A stretch of 64,000 bases of DNA, taken from contig CM120642.1 of NCBI GenBank assembly GCA_051362555.1, positions 8,804,001 to 8,868,000 of the forward strand, in the 5' to 3' direction. This document shows, piece after piece, positions 1 through 11,400 of this stretch. Origin of the DNA: Lingula anatina (Eukaryota; Animalia; Brachiopoda). The stretch's first letter is position 1; the number at the start of each line of letters is the position of its first letter. The notes under the pieces are model-generated. The model did no database searches and was not told where the DNA came from. It saw only the letters and a program-made list of their open reading frames with translations. The translations under genes and the position numbers were made by a program.

Positions 1-199
1 AAGCAACAAGAATGACTAGTCTGGTTCTTTATGCACTCTCTTTTGTTATTGCAGAAAAAGGGAGATGATGCAGAAGAACCCATGATATTGGAAAATTATT
101 GATAGCAATATCTCCCCCTGCAGTTTCATAACAACAACAAAAAAAAAAGGTAGTTTTTTCTCCTTTTACTCAGGCAGTCGTGAGAGGTATTTGAAACGC

Positions 200-1545
200 A
201 GTTTTGAAGTTATGACGTTTTGTATGCAAGTGGTTTTTCTCAGATTCAATTCTTAGGCATGTTAACAGTCTCATTATTGAACTGATTAGATACGTAAAAG
301 TGTTCTTTTAACATTTTCTGCATCTTAACATTATTGTTAGTTGCATATATAAAAATAATGGTAAACATGTTATCGTGTATTGTGTAATAAAGTGTCAAAA
401 ACGGAAATAAACTCATATCATTGCAGTTTGTCAGAATCAATCATTCACTATGTTCAGAATGTCAGAATAGAGCAAATTGGACATTTAAAATTGTTCTATT
501 GATATTTTCCCCTTCTCAACAATTTTCTTAGTTGATCATATAAAAGTGACGGTAAATTAATTATTTTGTTTTATGTAAATAAAGTGTTGAAAATGAAAAT
601 AAACTCACTTCAGTACAGTTATCTCTAGGTTACATTTTGGCATTTTCAAGGTGTGACTTTGAACCTCCATGGGTTTGAAGACCTTTGCTAGTCACATTTT
701 ATGAATATCCATGATACTTATATTCTTTTGTTAAAAATTGATGGTCATTATGCTGTTTAACATTACCAGTATATTATGATACCTTTATGGCATCAAAATT
801 GAAGAGAACCCTATTTTGGAAACTGCCGTCATGATGACCATTAAGGGAAAATCTTGTTACTTATGATTCTCAAACTTACAAAAAAAGTAACATAGGATTA
901 AAATGCAGACTGATTTGGAAAAGCAATCTTTTTCTGGAATCAAACATTTTTGTGAAATTTTTATTTTTCACATATTGGTATTTTCAATATGACACTTAGA
1001 ACTCCCACGAAGCCGAATGGTAATCAAATTGTCTAAATGTCATTTTATTTATAATAATAAAAATAATTAAAAGATGGAGGTAATTATGCCGTTAATCATT
1101 GTGTAATATCCCATCAAAACTGACAAAAAAAAAAAAAAAAAAAAAAAAAACCTACTGTGTGCACCGCCACCACAAACTTTATAAAAAGGAAAGCTGTGTT
1201 ACTTATTATTTTATCAACTTACAAGAATGTTTTAAGGATTGACATACAGCTCAAATTAGAAAACCACCTCTGTTGCATTTATGCATTTTTTTGTGAAATT
1301 TTCTCATTCTGGCATTTTCAAAGTGTGAACTTGAATTCTCATGGGCCTGAAGCCTTATGCTTGTTACACATTTTACTTACATCGCTAAATTACCAGATGT
1401 GCTTAATTAAAATTTGATGTTGACTTTGCAGTTAAGCATAATGTATATTTGCTGCAGAATTGACAGTAGCTTATTTTGTGCATTATTATTTTTCTTTTTT
1501 TTTTGCTTTTTGTCTGTACATTTGACAGCTTTGTTCTAATTGTTG
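200..1545 (+). mobile_element. 5'-truncated second copy of the same HINE-like element
   Basis: Colinear similarity to about 45760-47790 (CAGATT..ATTCTTAGGCATGTTAA; GTGTATTGTGTAATAAAGTGTCAAAAA.GGAAATAAACTCATATC). Internal subrepeats near 636, 975 and 1308. 3' end TGTCTGTACATTTGACAGCTTTG at 1511. Confidence 0.7.
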
Positions 1546-3027
1546 TGCTCGAGAAAGAAAACCATTGCCAAACCTGCAGTTACCTCTGATTTTTAAAGCT
1601 AGGACTCAATATCCATATTGAGTCTAGTTTTAAGTAATGTTGTAATTCGTATTGCAGAAGAGCGTGCTAAACACCAGTGATATATTTTACCCTAAAGTGA
1701 TCAAAATGCGCAGAAAAATTACTGCAAATGCCTGGAAAATGCCTTTTAAGTCATTTTAAACCCCAGAAAGAGACGTTCTATAATTTTGATGGCAAAGTCT
1801 GACCCTTCTCCTTGCAGTGTGCTATGCATTAAACCAGTTTCTGAAATCACCCCACCACAGTGTAGCGCTTGACAGGTCGATTAAAAATATTATGCACATT
1901 TTCCATAGACCGATTTCTTCATAGAAACGAACATCTAAAAACGATTTAAATTTGGAAGAAGGAACTTTGTTCAGTTCAGATTCTGGCATTTTAATGCATA
2001 AGCAATTTAGCAACTGGAGACCTTAATATATTTTGGAGCTCGACAGATTGATGACATTTTGTAAATAATTGTGACTCAAAAAAAAAAAAAAAAAAAAAAA
2101 AAAAGGAAGATCTTCGACATATGAATCTGAAACTTGGGAAATGTTTGTACATCAAAATAACGTATTAGTCATGCAAAACTTTCTGTCGAAGAAAAAACCA
2201 CAAAATACTATATTCGTAAGCAACAACTTTAACTCGTGTTTTCCTTTGTATACTCTCTTTGTTCTTGCAGAAAAGGACGATGCAATAAAATCCCCGCGTT
2301 GTCTGGGCAGTTATAAAAAGGCAACAAAACCATGAAAAGTGGGTCGCCTTTAGGCAATCAACAAACGCAGAGATCTGCGAAACGAAACACGCTCTTTGTG
2401 CAGGTGTTATCATATACCGTTTATTGTTAAATTGTTCCATAAATAAAGACGGGAAATCCCCTCTGAAAGCGTTGTTTATTTTTGTCTCGTGAAAAAGGAT
2501 ACTCAAGCCTTTTGACATTATCAAATTTATTGTCTGCCGCTTTTTTTCTTTCAGATTATATAAGCCTTTTAATTTTGCACGTTGATTGGGTCTACACATT
2601 ATTGTCACGAACTTTTTCTCAGGACGCCTTTGTTTTGAGACGCCGTGTCAACACTCAGTGCCATCGTGTTGCTAAAGTCGCAGATATAAATGGGAACACA
2701 AAAAATTGCAAAAGGAAGACATTAAACAAAAAGCCCATGGCGAAACATGTCAGCGAATATATACATGTATATAAGCGTTTTCCAGAAAATCAGAAGCGAC
2801 CTCGTTCTAAAATGAATGAACACGTAAATTGTGAAAATGCCAATAACTATTAAGGTGCTCCATCTACGGTGGGTTTTCCAGATACAGGTATGAACCGATT
2901 GGCCCTGGGCCAAGATTATGAATGGAAAACTGATCATCATCAGACTCTTTGCCAGCAGAATTTCCCAGTTTCATGATTAGCTTTCAGCAGTGGATTGAGA
3001 TCATTGTGAGAGCATCTCACTGCTGCA

Positions 3028-3034
3028 TATAAAA
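3028..3034 (+). promoter_or_regulatory. Candidate TATA box of the membrane-protein gene
   Basis: TATAAAA followed by G, about 250 nt upstream of ATG 3286. The assignment is inferred from position. Confidence 0.45.
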
Positions 3035-3285
3035 GCAGCAAGCCAACCACAAACTAAGCATTATTTACCTCCACGCAAGTCAGTTAGCACCCACGATCTA
3101 GAAGCAAACTTGAACTTGGACTTGATAACCTAGTGGCATTGAAGTAAGGCAGATCAACAGTCGGTGTGCATACATTTGTCACTGCTTTGTGCATTCCCAG
3201 GAAAACCGACCCTACTTTGTATCACAAACGAGGCTGGGAGACCTGACAAGAATACAGTCATACAGCCAAGAGGACACGGGAAAAA

Positions 3286-6200
3286 ATGGAGAAAGTGCAT
3301 TCCCTGGTACATCCAGTGAAAGAGAAACTGACGGGGCGCACTGATTGGGTTGGCGTCCTGGAGCACGTAATACCGGTGTTGCTGGTGCAATTGGCAATGG
3401 GGATCGGGGTTTTCAACATGATACCCGAGCAAGGGCGACTTGTGAGTTTGTCATGGTTAATTTGCTTCCAGTACGATTTCATGTGCTCTCCCTTTTCTTG
3501 CAAGCTGTCTCTTTTGTCATATGTTTACCTGCTCGTTAACACGCAAAGTCGCTTTCTCTATTGCCGTTGATCAAACAAATTATGAATTATTGAATTGAAT
3601 TATAAAAAAACAATGTATAAAGAATTAGGAAATCAAAAATGGCGTTGTTAGTGTATTCTTATTATCACGGCTGTCGATATAGCTTCATTCCGGGGCAGTA
3701 TCACTTCCGCATATATGTGTGTAACATTGATGGCCACGAAATGCGCACTTTTAGATGCTCAGAAACTATTATATAACATGCTAGCTCTTTGTTGTCATAT
3801 GGTTTCCTATAAGGCAGTTAAGATAAATTAAGTAAGTTTGCAAATTGATATGGATTTAAATGTAATTTTCTCAACCTCACTCTAGTGTTGATGAAATTTT
3901 AAATTAACCTTAAAGACTTGCCAGGTTAAAAAAAAACAATTTGTCTACCCAGCATTCACTGCAGACAGAAGCGCAATGAATTTTGGGTAGAGAAAATGGC
4001 TTAAAAAGTCCAGATTGAATCTAGGAGGTTAAACCTACCGGGGTATGGTAGTCTGTGAAGAATAAGAGACATCTATTTAAGGAGAAACGCTCAGCTGATT
4101 ATACATTTGATCAATATCAAACAGGTCCAGGAAAATAATCAGTCAATAGAATATCTGTTGGGTAGGGATGATCGATAAAAAACCTCACGATTCGTTAAAT
4201 CAATTATGCTTGGCTCATTGTTTTTCATAAGTTTAGATCCCCTTAATCGTGGCTTGCGATTTGAGGGGAGTACCAAAATAAAATGGCATTCAAAACGTAA
4301 TTTATATTCCCGTATGTGACCGTAATTTTATTCACTTTTGCTTCACGTCGTCTGGCAACAAATCAAACGTGCATGAAAGATAAACATTGTTGTACAGCAA
4401 AACTACAAACATAAATTTCGATCCATGAAAGAAATGTGAGCAACAGCATTCCCATTTGCAGGGCCAGCTTTACTTTCGGTTTCAGGTAAAAGTCCAATAA
4501 GCATGCTTAAGTTAATCTTATCGGGGAGTATACTGTGTAAACATGTAAGGTGAGAGATCAGATGGGTCGCGGTGTCAGTGGGTCGTAAGCATAAAAACCT
4601 AGATTATGATATCTTTCTCGCATGTGAGATGCTTGATTTTTTTATGCAAACATCTGCAGAATTACATATGTTCCCTTTTCGTGTAGGTTTATGATAGTTT
4701 CATCATTGGCCAGACAACCCTGGCGGTGTGTCTTGTTATTTTACTGTGGCTAAAAGGCATTGCCATCCCCGGAAGACTCAGGTAAGAGATAGCGTACATA
4801 TAAGATTCTCTTAATAGTATGGTCATTGTACATGTGGACGATTTTGTCATTGTTTTACGCGCAATCTCACAACGTAAAAGGGATTGTTTTCAGATAATAG
4901 GCAATGCTTCCATAAATGCATCAGTGTGTGTGCATGCTGTGTTTGTGTGTGGGGTCCGTTGAATAAAAATGATAATAATAATAATTTTAATAATAACAAT
5001 AATAAACAAACTCTTAATTTCGCGGAGGACATTCACTTGATGATATGTATTTTGTCGATTTCGACGTTTCCCCTCTTTTTCTTTATTGCATAATTTTTTT
5101 TCAGAGTTTTCTGCGCTTTAATGGATCCCGTATGGAGCTTCGCCGCCCTCACACTGGGCATGTTGTTTTTTACACTACGAGGAGATCTATCGCTCTCCTC
5201 TTGTGTTCAGAATTTGGGCAACGAAACTGAGACATTTGCAAATTGTTTAAAGAAGACAGAGTTTACGCACGCTTGGCTTCTGGAAAAAATTCAACCTGTC
5301 CGTCAAATGACAGACCACGCCCTTGCAGTAGCATTCTTGGTAAGTGGTCTGGTCTGCTAAGATGTGGTAACAGTTTAGCTTTGATATTGGTAGATATGGA
5401 TGTCCTATAGCCTACGGCTGGGTATATATAGCCGGACAGCATTGAAATCTTATATAAAAATGGCAGTTTTGACACTGACAGTTCAAAAATCGTTGGTATT
5501 CTTATTCTGATTCTAATTCACGTAAGAGCACATTGCATACATTACTAGCTCTCAACTAACTGTGAAAATGAGTGTCATTTTCTAGAAGAAAAAAAAACTG
5601 CTGTAGGAAACGAGCAGGCGGCAAAAGAGACTGCAAAACTGCACGGCTAAAGTATCAACAAGACTCAATATGATACTCAAAATAACACTGAAAATAAATA
5701 TTAAAGTGACCGTTTTTAGTCGTTTATATCTTAATTCATTTATCATTTTACCTTTCCAGAAAGAAGAGAAGTACATCTACGGAGCCGTATTCCTCTTCAT
5801 TCCACTGGTCATCCACGTCGTTTCAAGAATCAAACAGAGGCCGTTTCTGCCACACTTCGTCGTCACAGTCCTGTGCTCGGAAATGGTATTGGGCGAGCTG
5901 TTCTGTCTCCTCCTCAATGCGTTCGACGTGGCAGAAAACGAGAGGATTCAGCCCCTACTTGTGATCGGCACTGTGTTCGTGGTAGTCGGTTCCAACCCAT
6001 TGGCGTTTTATCCTTTTTTCACATTCGATGAAAATGTGACAAAGGACAGCAAAGAAACTTCTCAGATTGACAAGGCATTGCAGGATCGACACGTACTGGC
6101 TGTGATGTTCTATAACAGTGTTTTTCTGAACCTGCTGATGTTTTTCATTCAGTTACATGTGGCAGGATCAACAATTGCCTTCGATACATCCTTGGGTGTT

Positions 6201-6338
6201 GCCAATGCAGTATTCCTCGCCTTGAACGTGGTGGTCCCATTCACCGCCGCCTTAGTAACAGGCTACGTCTGCCAGCAGCGCTATTGCCGCCCAAAGCAAT
6301 TGGCCCAGACACTTCTGCCGCCTCCTGCAGATGTGTAG
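3286..6338 (+). CDS. Uncharacterised multi-pass membrane protein, 4 coding exons, 354 aa
   Basis: Exons 3286-3441, 4687-4781, 5105-5339 and 5760-6338. All introns are GT-AG with consistent phases (0, 2, 0); 1065 nt give one open frame MEKVHSLV...QGRL|VYDSFIIGQTTLAVCLVILLWLKG...GRLR|VFCALMDPVWSF...AVAFL|KEEKYIYGAVFLF...LLPPPADV*. Many hydrophobic segments. TATA box upstream. Family not recognised. Confidence 0.8.
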
Positions 6339-7358
6339 TATAGTTATACGTGTGTCCGAGGGTGGACGGATGGCTGGCCTCTGTTCATTGATCACATCGG
6401 CGGGACACAGAAATTCAACCCCGTCAAACACTGAACTGTCAATGCTTGACTTAATAAGCAATGGTAAGAGTTGAAGATATCACATATCTTTTTTATGTTG
6501 GTATACTGAATGAATTCCTTTTGTACTAGAAGCAGCCATTTGTGCTTTGTAAAGTAGCTTCAATGGCATTTTCTAAAAAAAATTGATTTGTAAGTACATA
6601 TACTTTTCAAAAAGAAAGAAAAAAAAGAAATGGGTTTTTCTTGTTGCCACTGTACTAGGGTTTCACAGTACAGAGCAAAAACCTTGTGGTGCTCAGTAGA
6701 TGCAATGCAAAAGACCATTTACAGTGAACATAGTCGACCTAACTTAGCAGATTTAAGAGTAAACCAAGCACACAGCACTTCAAAATCTTTATTTTCTTGT
6801 AATATAAATAGATATTAGATCTATGTTGTAGTTGCATGTATATAGCCGTGCTGTTAATATAGGGTAAAAGAAGTATATTAATTTAAATATCAAACTTTAT
6901 ACTGCAATTTTTTTCTACATAATCTCTAATGGATATTGACAGACACATGCAAATATTTTCTTTAAAGAAAATGTACATAATCAGGCCTGTAGCCAGGGAT
7001 TTTAAAAGGGGGGGGGGGGGGGGGGGGGGTCCTTAACCACACTAGAGAAATTGAATAGAACCAGAATAAAATTTGATTCAGAGTGGACCTTTTCTGGCAA
7101 AAAGGGCGGTTCTTTTGAACACTCTTGCCTATGGGCCTGGTTGTAATGCTCTTCTTATTATACTCATTTTCATTCCATCTCACCTTTGAACAAGCTTGAT
7201 ACCCATTTTGTATTACACTTTCCATATTTTGTATCATCATACACTGACAACACACTGGTAGGATTTTATTTGACACGTTTTTGTTTGACACGTAATACGT
7301 TTATTTATTTGACATGTATATAATGAAAATACTCCATGAGTATATGATAAAAATACTT

Positions 7359-7822
7359 AGGGCTCATTTCCATTGAAACTATTGGTCAATGTAAATTGAT
7401 TCAACTCCACAGGGACTCTCGCTGAATGCAATCAGTTTAACAAATTTTAACCTCTCGTTTCCAACATTTTTGCATAATCAACAGCTTTTCTGTATTCTAC
7501 TATATACCATAAGGCAGCATGTAAATCTGTTTATCTGGTTGCATTCAGGGAGTCCCGCAGTTGGATGGATCTACATAGGGACCATTTCCACAGATATTTA
7601 GATCGATCTATCTCCCTGGGGAGTCTCACTAAATTGATGTAAACTTGCTTAAATGTCTGTCATGCCTGGCAAAGCTGTTAGGGGGTAATTACTCTTTCCC
7701 CCTAGCTGATTCGGTAGGCAGCAATTTAGTGAGACTCCCCAGGGAGTTAGATCGATCCAGATGGATCGATCAAAGCATGGGAACCCAGTCTTAGAGTGAT
7801 AGTTTCAATAGGAATGAGCCCT
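7359..7822. mobile_element. Fold-back MITE with nested inverted repeats
   Basis: Outer TIRs AGGGCTCATTTCCATTGAAACTAT (7359-7382) and ATAGTTTCAATAGGAATGAGCCCT (7799-7822). Inner imperfect inverted repeat about 7402-7435 / 7535-7564. Inner 36-bp inverted repeat 7601-7636 / 7722-7757 with one mismatch. Confidence 0.7.
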
Positions 7823-8459
7823 CTGTATACAATAAGTTCAAGTTGAAACTTGATTTATAAGCCATGATTTGTGATGGATTCACTGTAGCCTTTTCGTCTT
7901 AATTTCGATCAAGTGGAATTAGAGTCTTGAGGAAGAACAAAAATGACTGTAGAGAATTGTTCATTTTTTATTATGTTTCACTGGAATTTGTCATCATTTT
8001 AAGTCCTTGTTAAATGTTTAATATTTTTCACAGAAAATTGCTTTGCTCATATCAAAAGTGAAACACAAGTTTGATAATCTTAATAACATATATTTATTTC
8101 AAATAAACTATTTAAAATAACATGTTGTCCAGACAACTAATGTGAGAAGAAAAAAACAAGTGGAGGTGGAGCAGTGGAGATACATAAGGTTTTTGATGCA
8201 AGTGCTTAAATTGCTACTTAAAAAAGCTGTCTGTTTGTAGAATTGCTCATTGTATTAACATTTGATATTTTGAATAACGGTAAAGAGGTTTTTAATTCAC
8301 ACTTGATGTGTTGTTGTGCTTTTAAAGGGATTAAGGGCTGTTTTTAAAAATTAGTATTCCTGTTTGCAATATTTGATATTTATATTTGTCTACAAAAGAC
8401 AAGTACTCAAACCAAAAGTCCTCTCTATCATCAAACATCATCTGTAAATAAATATCCAG

Positions 8460-11400
8460 TCAAGGGTCCTTCCTTGCCTGTTCTTTCCTCTTCTGTAAAA
8501 TGTTCTGTATGAAAAATTCCCCTAAAATAATAATTATAATAATAAATAAATATTGATTAATAAAGTGAAGGTATTATTATTATTTCAATTGAAGTATGCA
8601 ATTATTTTTCTAACATTATCCAGGCATTGCCATTAAGTATGAACATTTTAAAAGTGCCCCCCCCCCCCCCCCACATACCACTTGTGTCATTTTATACCCA
8701 CTTACCAGACTGACTTCCTTGAAAAAATCTTCTCCTTATCATTTTAAATTGTTCACATAACACATATTAAATATGCATTTCGCAATGATTCAACAAAATG
8801 AACAATTATCAACTGCTCAATACATACAGTATATATACATATTATATATCATAAGATTTTTATTAACAATTTTGGTCTCTATGTCCACTACTTTAGTAAT
8901 GCCAGTTAGGCAATTTCTAGTTTAAACCTGCCCTGTCCTGAACACACCTAAAAAAACCAGGCCTCACACATCCAGCCTTTACTCCTTAAATTTTCACCCA
9001 CCTGCTTTATATGACGACCTGACCAGAGGACCACTGGCGGTATACAGGAACCCCAGCTTATTGCCCACCTCTTCCCAGTGAGCAAACTTCTCTGGTGTTA
9101 CATATTCCTTCACCTGAAATTAAAAGTGAACATGATTTTTTTTTCTGAAAGTCAAATCCACTGCCTGGATCAATGCCATCTACAGTACAATAATTCTTAA
9201 AAAGGTAAAATGAAAGAATGAAAAGAAGTGAGGTCATTTAGGACCTTAGGCAGGGAAAAAATCTGTCTGAGAAAAGGTCTGCTATCCATCAAAATTTAAT
9301 CTAAGTTCTATTCTAATATGGCCAAAGACTTTTTTTTTCAGAAAAAAAGCCACCCCCTTAGAAATTGCTGGCTATAGGCATGTTACTCTATAATTTACAT
9401 GTACTAAGCTGCCTAGATTGTAGCATCCTGAAAAAATTGCCACAACAAAACATAATAACCTCAACTAGAAATGTCATTAATTTGGTTGCTACAAGTTATC
9501 TACAATGCAGTATTGTATGGTATGAAAGTTATGACTTAAAAATCATTGAAAAAAAAAAACTAAACACATACTTTTAAATGCCTCTTAGTTGGCTGCATAT
9601 ACTGCCCCAGTGTCACACAGTCGACATCTATCTGCCTCAGATCTGCAAGTTGAATACATCATTAGATAAAATAACTGACAGGTCGTGTTGTGCTGGACAT
9701 TAAAAGCATTTTTTACCTCTCTCTATAATAATTTTTTTAAGATATACTACTTTTACAAAACTAAAACCAAAGATTCTCTAATTGGGAATTCAAGAGGCTC
9801 AGTACGGCTATCTATGTCTATTAGGTAAAATTCAACTAAAAATCTACATTGCCACTGGTCTCATTTTATTAGCCTTAAAATTAACCTTAAAAACAAAAAC
9901 ACAGTGTGAGACATTTACATCTTAATCTAACCTGAGATATCACAAGAACCCTAATCATGACACCTATACACTTAAAGCAATAAAGAAAGAAAAAAATCTC
10001 TGAACATTCATTGTGGGACAGAACACTTTATCAGCCATGGGTCTGGGACGCCATCAGAATTGAAATATAAATCTTGGATTGCCATGTTTCTGAAAAAGTA
10101 TAGAAGGCTACTCAACTTTATAAGTCTAACCTTAGAACCAAAACTTCAGACTTAATTTACCTTCAAGTGTCTCCATGACCTGGTCATCAGTCTCCCCCAG
10201 TCCCAGCATTATGGAGGTCTTGGTAATCAGGGATGGGTTATATTTTTTGGCATGGGACAGCACCTGCAAAGACTGCTCATAGTTGGCTCTTGGATCTCTG
10301 ACACACCTGGGAAGGCAAAACAAACATACTCACACATACTGGTACATGTTCAGTACATCAATCACAGTTTCAGATCCAATGCACACCAGCTTCGTCACTT
10401 TCAAATTTCCCAACATGCCCGTTTTTTTTTTTTTTATTATTATTGAAGATTTCAACCAAGCCTTGATTTGGGCATTTAATTAAAAATCATTCAATTAAAA
10501 ACGATTAAACAGATTCCTTATTTAAATTGACTGTTTACTTCCTTACCACTGAAGATCCCTGACGGTCTCTACATTGTGTGCGTAGACGTCTAATCCCGAG
10601 TCTACCACTGTTTCTACTGCCCTCAGGTCCCCGCGGAAGTCTGGGGTCAAACATTCCACCATCATAGAAGGGTTGCTGCAGAAAAATTAAAACCAAAGTA
10701 AGATATTAGTTTCTTTCTTTATTCTTTTACTTAATGATACATGTATCACAAGATTCTCTTTGATTAAAATAGTGTAAGAAGTGCCAATATCACTCACTGG
10801 CATAAAAAGGGTAAGAATATTTCTCTAGATGACATGCCATGTACGTGCTGAAGGTAGCATTTTCTCTGCTTTCTGTGATTTTGCTACGGAGATACCTTAC
10901 ATAAAATCATTCATCTTGAAGTCAAGCTTTTAGAACTGCTTTAGCACATGACCACACAAACACTTTCAGTCTTACCTTTTTTTGATCTCTATGACAGTCT
11001 GAGCAAAATGACTAGATCCACCATCTGACAGATCTTATGAATGAAAAATAAATTCAATACCTTAACACGCATCAGAATACATGGACTTAATCAGTAATAA
11101 AAAAAAATTATATGTATTTCATGAAATGGCAATGCATAAAAAATTGTTTAATATCTAGCAGTCTAGACAGATGCAGATGCCAGATAATCAATTTCGTTTT
11201 CACATCACACAAATATGACAATTTCAAAAGTAGATGCATTACATGCGCTAGTAGCATGTTTACGGAAACTACTTCTTTCATATTTTTGTATGCATAATCT
11301 CATTAATCTAAGTTTAACTCAAGAACTCATGGTTTTCAGAGAAGCCAGCAGGCCTCAGCATGGGTGTGTCTTACCATCCCTGTCCACAGAAGTCAGCACC

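Noticed and set aside
2165-2853. Overlapping 147-aa (-) and 123-aa (+) ORFs
   Set aside because: No recognisable motifs or consistent splice structure, non-ATG starts; probably repeat-derived or promoter-proximal DNA.
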